This document shows positions 35,126 through 37,251 of a stretch of DNA of 37,251 nt, in pieces. The notes below the pieces were generated by a model that had not been told where the DNA came from, ran no database searches, and saw only the letters and a list, made by a program, of their open reading frames with translations. The translations under genes were made by a program, and so were the position numbers. The stretch's first letter is position 1. Each line of letters opens with the position of its first letter. The DNA is from an uncultured Candidatus Peregrinibacteria bacterium (GTDB lineage: Bacteria; Patescibacteriota; Gracilibacteria; UBA1369; LOWO2-01-FULL-3): positions 1 through 37,251 of the forward strand of contig CAINDQ010000146.1 in assembly GCA_903847465.1 (NCBI GenBank), in the 5' to 3' direction.

Positions 35126-36157
35126 ATGAACATAAAAACAAACATGAATTACTCTAACGAAAAACTCGAACAGCTCCGTCACCGCTGGACCACGACGCAA
35201 GGAAAGAAGCTAATCAAGATTATTAAAAATTCTCGATGCTACTTGAGCCCAGCTATTTTTCACGAAAAAATCCACAACCTTCCTGGAATCAACGACGAAG
35301 AGGTTTTGTACGGGATTGATTTGCGCGGAATAAATCTTTCCGGCTTTGATTTCCGTATTCCGATTCAAGATGGAGACGAAGGATTTTCTGAAGAGCTAGC
35401 CATCCTTTCCGGCGTTCATTTTGAAGGCGCAATTTTGAAACATTGCAATTTTTTGGACGGAAAAATTCACGAATGTCTTTTTGAAAATGCAGACATCACT
35501 CATTCCACTTTTCAAAATGCAAGCATAAATGATTGCTCTTTTAGAGAGGCGGATTTGATCGGTGTAAATTTTACCGGCACCAGATTTGCCAATTGCAACT
35601 TCACAGATGCGACAATAAAAGATGTCCTCTTAGGCTCTACTTTGGTCGACCAAAAGACAAATTTCGGGCGCATTCTGAAATCAGAAAAAGACGAAAATTA
35701 TCACTTTGCTTCAATCGAATACAAGCAATTGAAAGAAATGTATAAAAATTCCAGCCTTCACGAAATAGCAGACACATGCCATTACAAAGAGATGGTTTCC
35801 AGAAGAAAAATTACGAAACTTATCCACCCATCAAGATGGGCAAATTATATTTTCGGAGATCTTTTATGTAAATACGGAACATCTTTCGTGAGAGTATTTT
35901 TGTCTGGACTAGTCGTTATTGTTTTTTGCGCACTTCTTTATTTTGAATACGAAAGTTTGCAATACAGAATAGAAGGAGCGATGATTTCTTTTTGGGATTC
36001 TCTTTATTTTAGCGTCGTTACTTTTACCACGCTTGGTTACGGAGATTACCATGTTGTTGGGATGATGCGCTTCGTTGCCGGACTAGAAAGTTTTATTGGT
36101 GCGGCGTTAATGTCTCTATTTACAGTAGTAATTGCACGAAGAATTATTCGTGATTAA
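35126..36157 (+). CDS. Pentapeptide-repeat protein fused to a two-TM potassium-channel domain
   Basis: A(D/S/T)(I/L)xxxxF pentapeptides; YFSVVTFTTLGYGD pore filter; start may be ATG 35144. Confidence 0.9.
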   Translation: MNIKTNMNYSNEKLEQLRHRWTTTQGKKLIKIIKNSRCYLSPAIFHEKIHNLPGINDEEVLYGIDLRGINLSGFDFRIPIQDGDEGFSEELAILSGVHFEGAILKHCNFLDGKIHECLFENADITHSTFQNASINDCSFREADLIGVNFTGTRFANCNFTDATIKDVLLGSTLVDQKTNFGRILKSEKDENYHFASIEYKQLKEMYKNSSLHEIADTCHYKEMVSRRKITKLIHPSRWANYIFGDLLCKYGTSFVRVFLSGLVVIVFCALLYFEYESLQYRIEGAMISFWDSLYFSVVTFTTLGYGDYHVVGMMRFVAGLESFIGAALMSLFTVVIARRIIRD

Positions 36158-36166
36158 TCTAAGTAC

Positions 36167-36175
36167 TGGTATAAT
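36167..36175 (+). promoter_or_regulatory. Extended -10 promoter, probable leaderless mRNA
   Basis: TGG-TATAAT then 6 nt then ATG 36182. Confidence 0.6.
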
Positions 36176-36181
36176 CTGCTC

Positions 36182-36742
36182 ATGAAAAAAGTTGTAGCAG
36201 GTTTATTGAAAGATCTTCGGGAAACTATTGATGTTTATTGGAACGTTGGGCCAGAGGTCGGACAATTTTTGAATTTACTGACAAAAGAATTTGGTTGCAA
36301 AACTGTTTTAGAAATTGGGACTTCAAATGGTTACTCGGGCATTTGGATAGCTGAAGCCTTGGCCAAAAACAAGGGTCGTCTTTTCACGATTGAATCGAAT
36401 AAAAAAAAGCGTTTTGGGTTGGCCACTGAAAATTTCGATAAAGCAAAACTGCAAAAAAACATTACTCAAATTCTCGGACATGCTCCTGAAGCAATTCCCA
36501 AAACTCCAAAATTTTTTGATTTAATTTTGCTCGACGCAACAAAATACGAACACATCGATTATTTAAAAGCCGTTATTCCTCGAACAAAAAAAGGGTCAAT
36601 AATAATTGCCGATAACATAGTCTCTCATCGCCAAGAACTTCAAGATTTTTTAACAAAAGCTTTGTCGCTAAAAAACTTCAAATGCTTTGAATATAATATT
36701 GGAAAGGGTCTTCTCTTGATGATTAGGATAAATAACTCTTAA
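36182..36742 (+). CDS. O-methyltransferase family 3 (YrrM/TrmR-like)
   Basis: VLEIGTSNGYSGIW, FDLILLDATK, IIIADN. Confidence 0.9.
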   Translation: MKKVVAGLLKDLRETIDVYWNVGPEVGQFLNLLTKEFGCKTVLEIGTSNGYSGIWIAEALAKNKGRLFTIESNKKKRFGLATENFDKAKLQKNITQILGHAPEAIPKTPKFFDLILLDATKYEHIDYLKAVIPRTKKGSIIIADNIVSHRQELQDFLTKALSLKNFKCFEYNIGKGLLLMIRINNS

Positions 36743-37251
36743 CCTTGCCTATTGCCTTCCCTCTATGACTGATTTTATTCTTCTCCTCGGAGGAGATTTC
36801 GGCATACGCTTTATCCATTCCGTCAGGAATAAAACACGAACTCAGTGGCAAGCCTGATAAAATCGGGGCAAGTAATTTTTCGCTTATTCTGCCCAATGTT
36901 TCGCCCTCAAAATATTCCAAAACTCCATTTTTTTCATCAATCAGGCACGCACTGCAAACAAATTTTGCGCCCCTGTTTTCCGGCAAAACATCCTTCATTC
37001 TTTCCAGAAAATATTCAATCCACTCCTTGTCGGAAGCATTTTCTCCAGCACCCCATCTTCTCGTTTTAACCCCAAGCTCGCCCATTAGTGCGTCCACCAT
37101 AATTCCTGAATCCTCGGCCAAAGTAAGCATCCCTGTTTTATCGTAAAAATACTTTGCTTTCTTATAAGCATTCTCTGAAAAAGTTTCTCCATCCTCGACA
37201 AAATCATCCGAAGAGATATTCAGATCTCCCAGAAAAACTAGTTCAAAATCA
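36723..37251 (-). CDS. rdgB: Non-canonical purine NTP pyrophosphatase, HAM1/RdgB family (5' end off the window)
   Basis: Frame is open to the window edge: VEDGETFSENAYKKAK, AEDSGI.VDAL, EKNKISHRGKA. Confidence 0.93.
   Translation of the reverse strand, partial: DFELVFLGDLNISSDDFVEDGETFSENAYKKAKYFYDKTGMLTLAEDSGIMVDALMGELGVKTRRWGAGENASDKEWIEYFLERMKDVLPENRGAKFVCSACLIDEKNGVLEYFEGETLGRISEKLLAPILSGLPLSSCFIPDGMDKAYAEISSEEKNKISHRGKAIGKVKSYLS

Noticed and set aside
1-37251. Genetic code 25 (UGA = Gly)
   Set aside because: Long conserved genes translate fully in the standard code with no internal TGA.

Overview
Chromosomal segment of an AT-rich bacterium read in the standard code. Gene content and style suggest Patescibacteria/CPR, probably Peregrinibacteria (inference): GxxWxxxxGxIxF-repeat giant surface protein, Gmad2-GerMN lipoprotein, few Shine-Dalgarno sites, leaderless promoters. 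Housekeeping genes: tRNA-Ser(GGA), smpB, nadE, archaeal-type NMN adenylyltransferase, PMM/PGM, topA, hup, pheS/pheT, class A PBP, and a HAM1/RdgB pyrophosphatase cut by the right edge. Envelope genes: site-2 protease, DedA-PAP2, and a GtrA/GT-C/GtrA-GT2 module. Most notable: (i) a minus-strand Fe-S cluster at 1-4104 with a B12-binding radical SAM gene missed by the ORF track, a YkgJ-like Cys protein, a divergent radical SAM with a 14-aa N-terminal tandem repeat and an orphan, plus a third divergent radical SAM at 28077-30254; (ii) an unannotated ~155-nt 6S-like RNA with its own promoter and terminator; (iii) two sequence-divergent copies of one structured intergenic element (5348-5463, 20763-20886) with compensatory stems; (iv) a PheT with an extra OB-fold inserted in domain B1; (v) a PAS-PAS-PAS-GAF sensor with no output domain. 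All calls come from manual reading; no database searches or folding programs were run.
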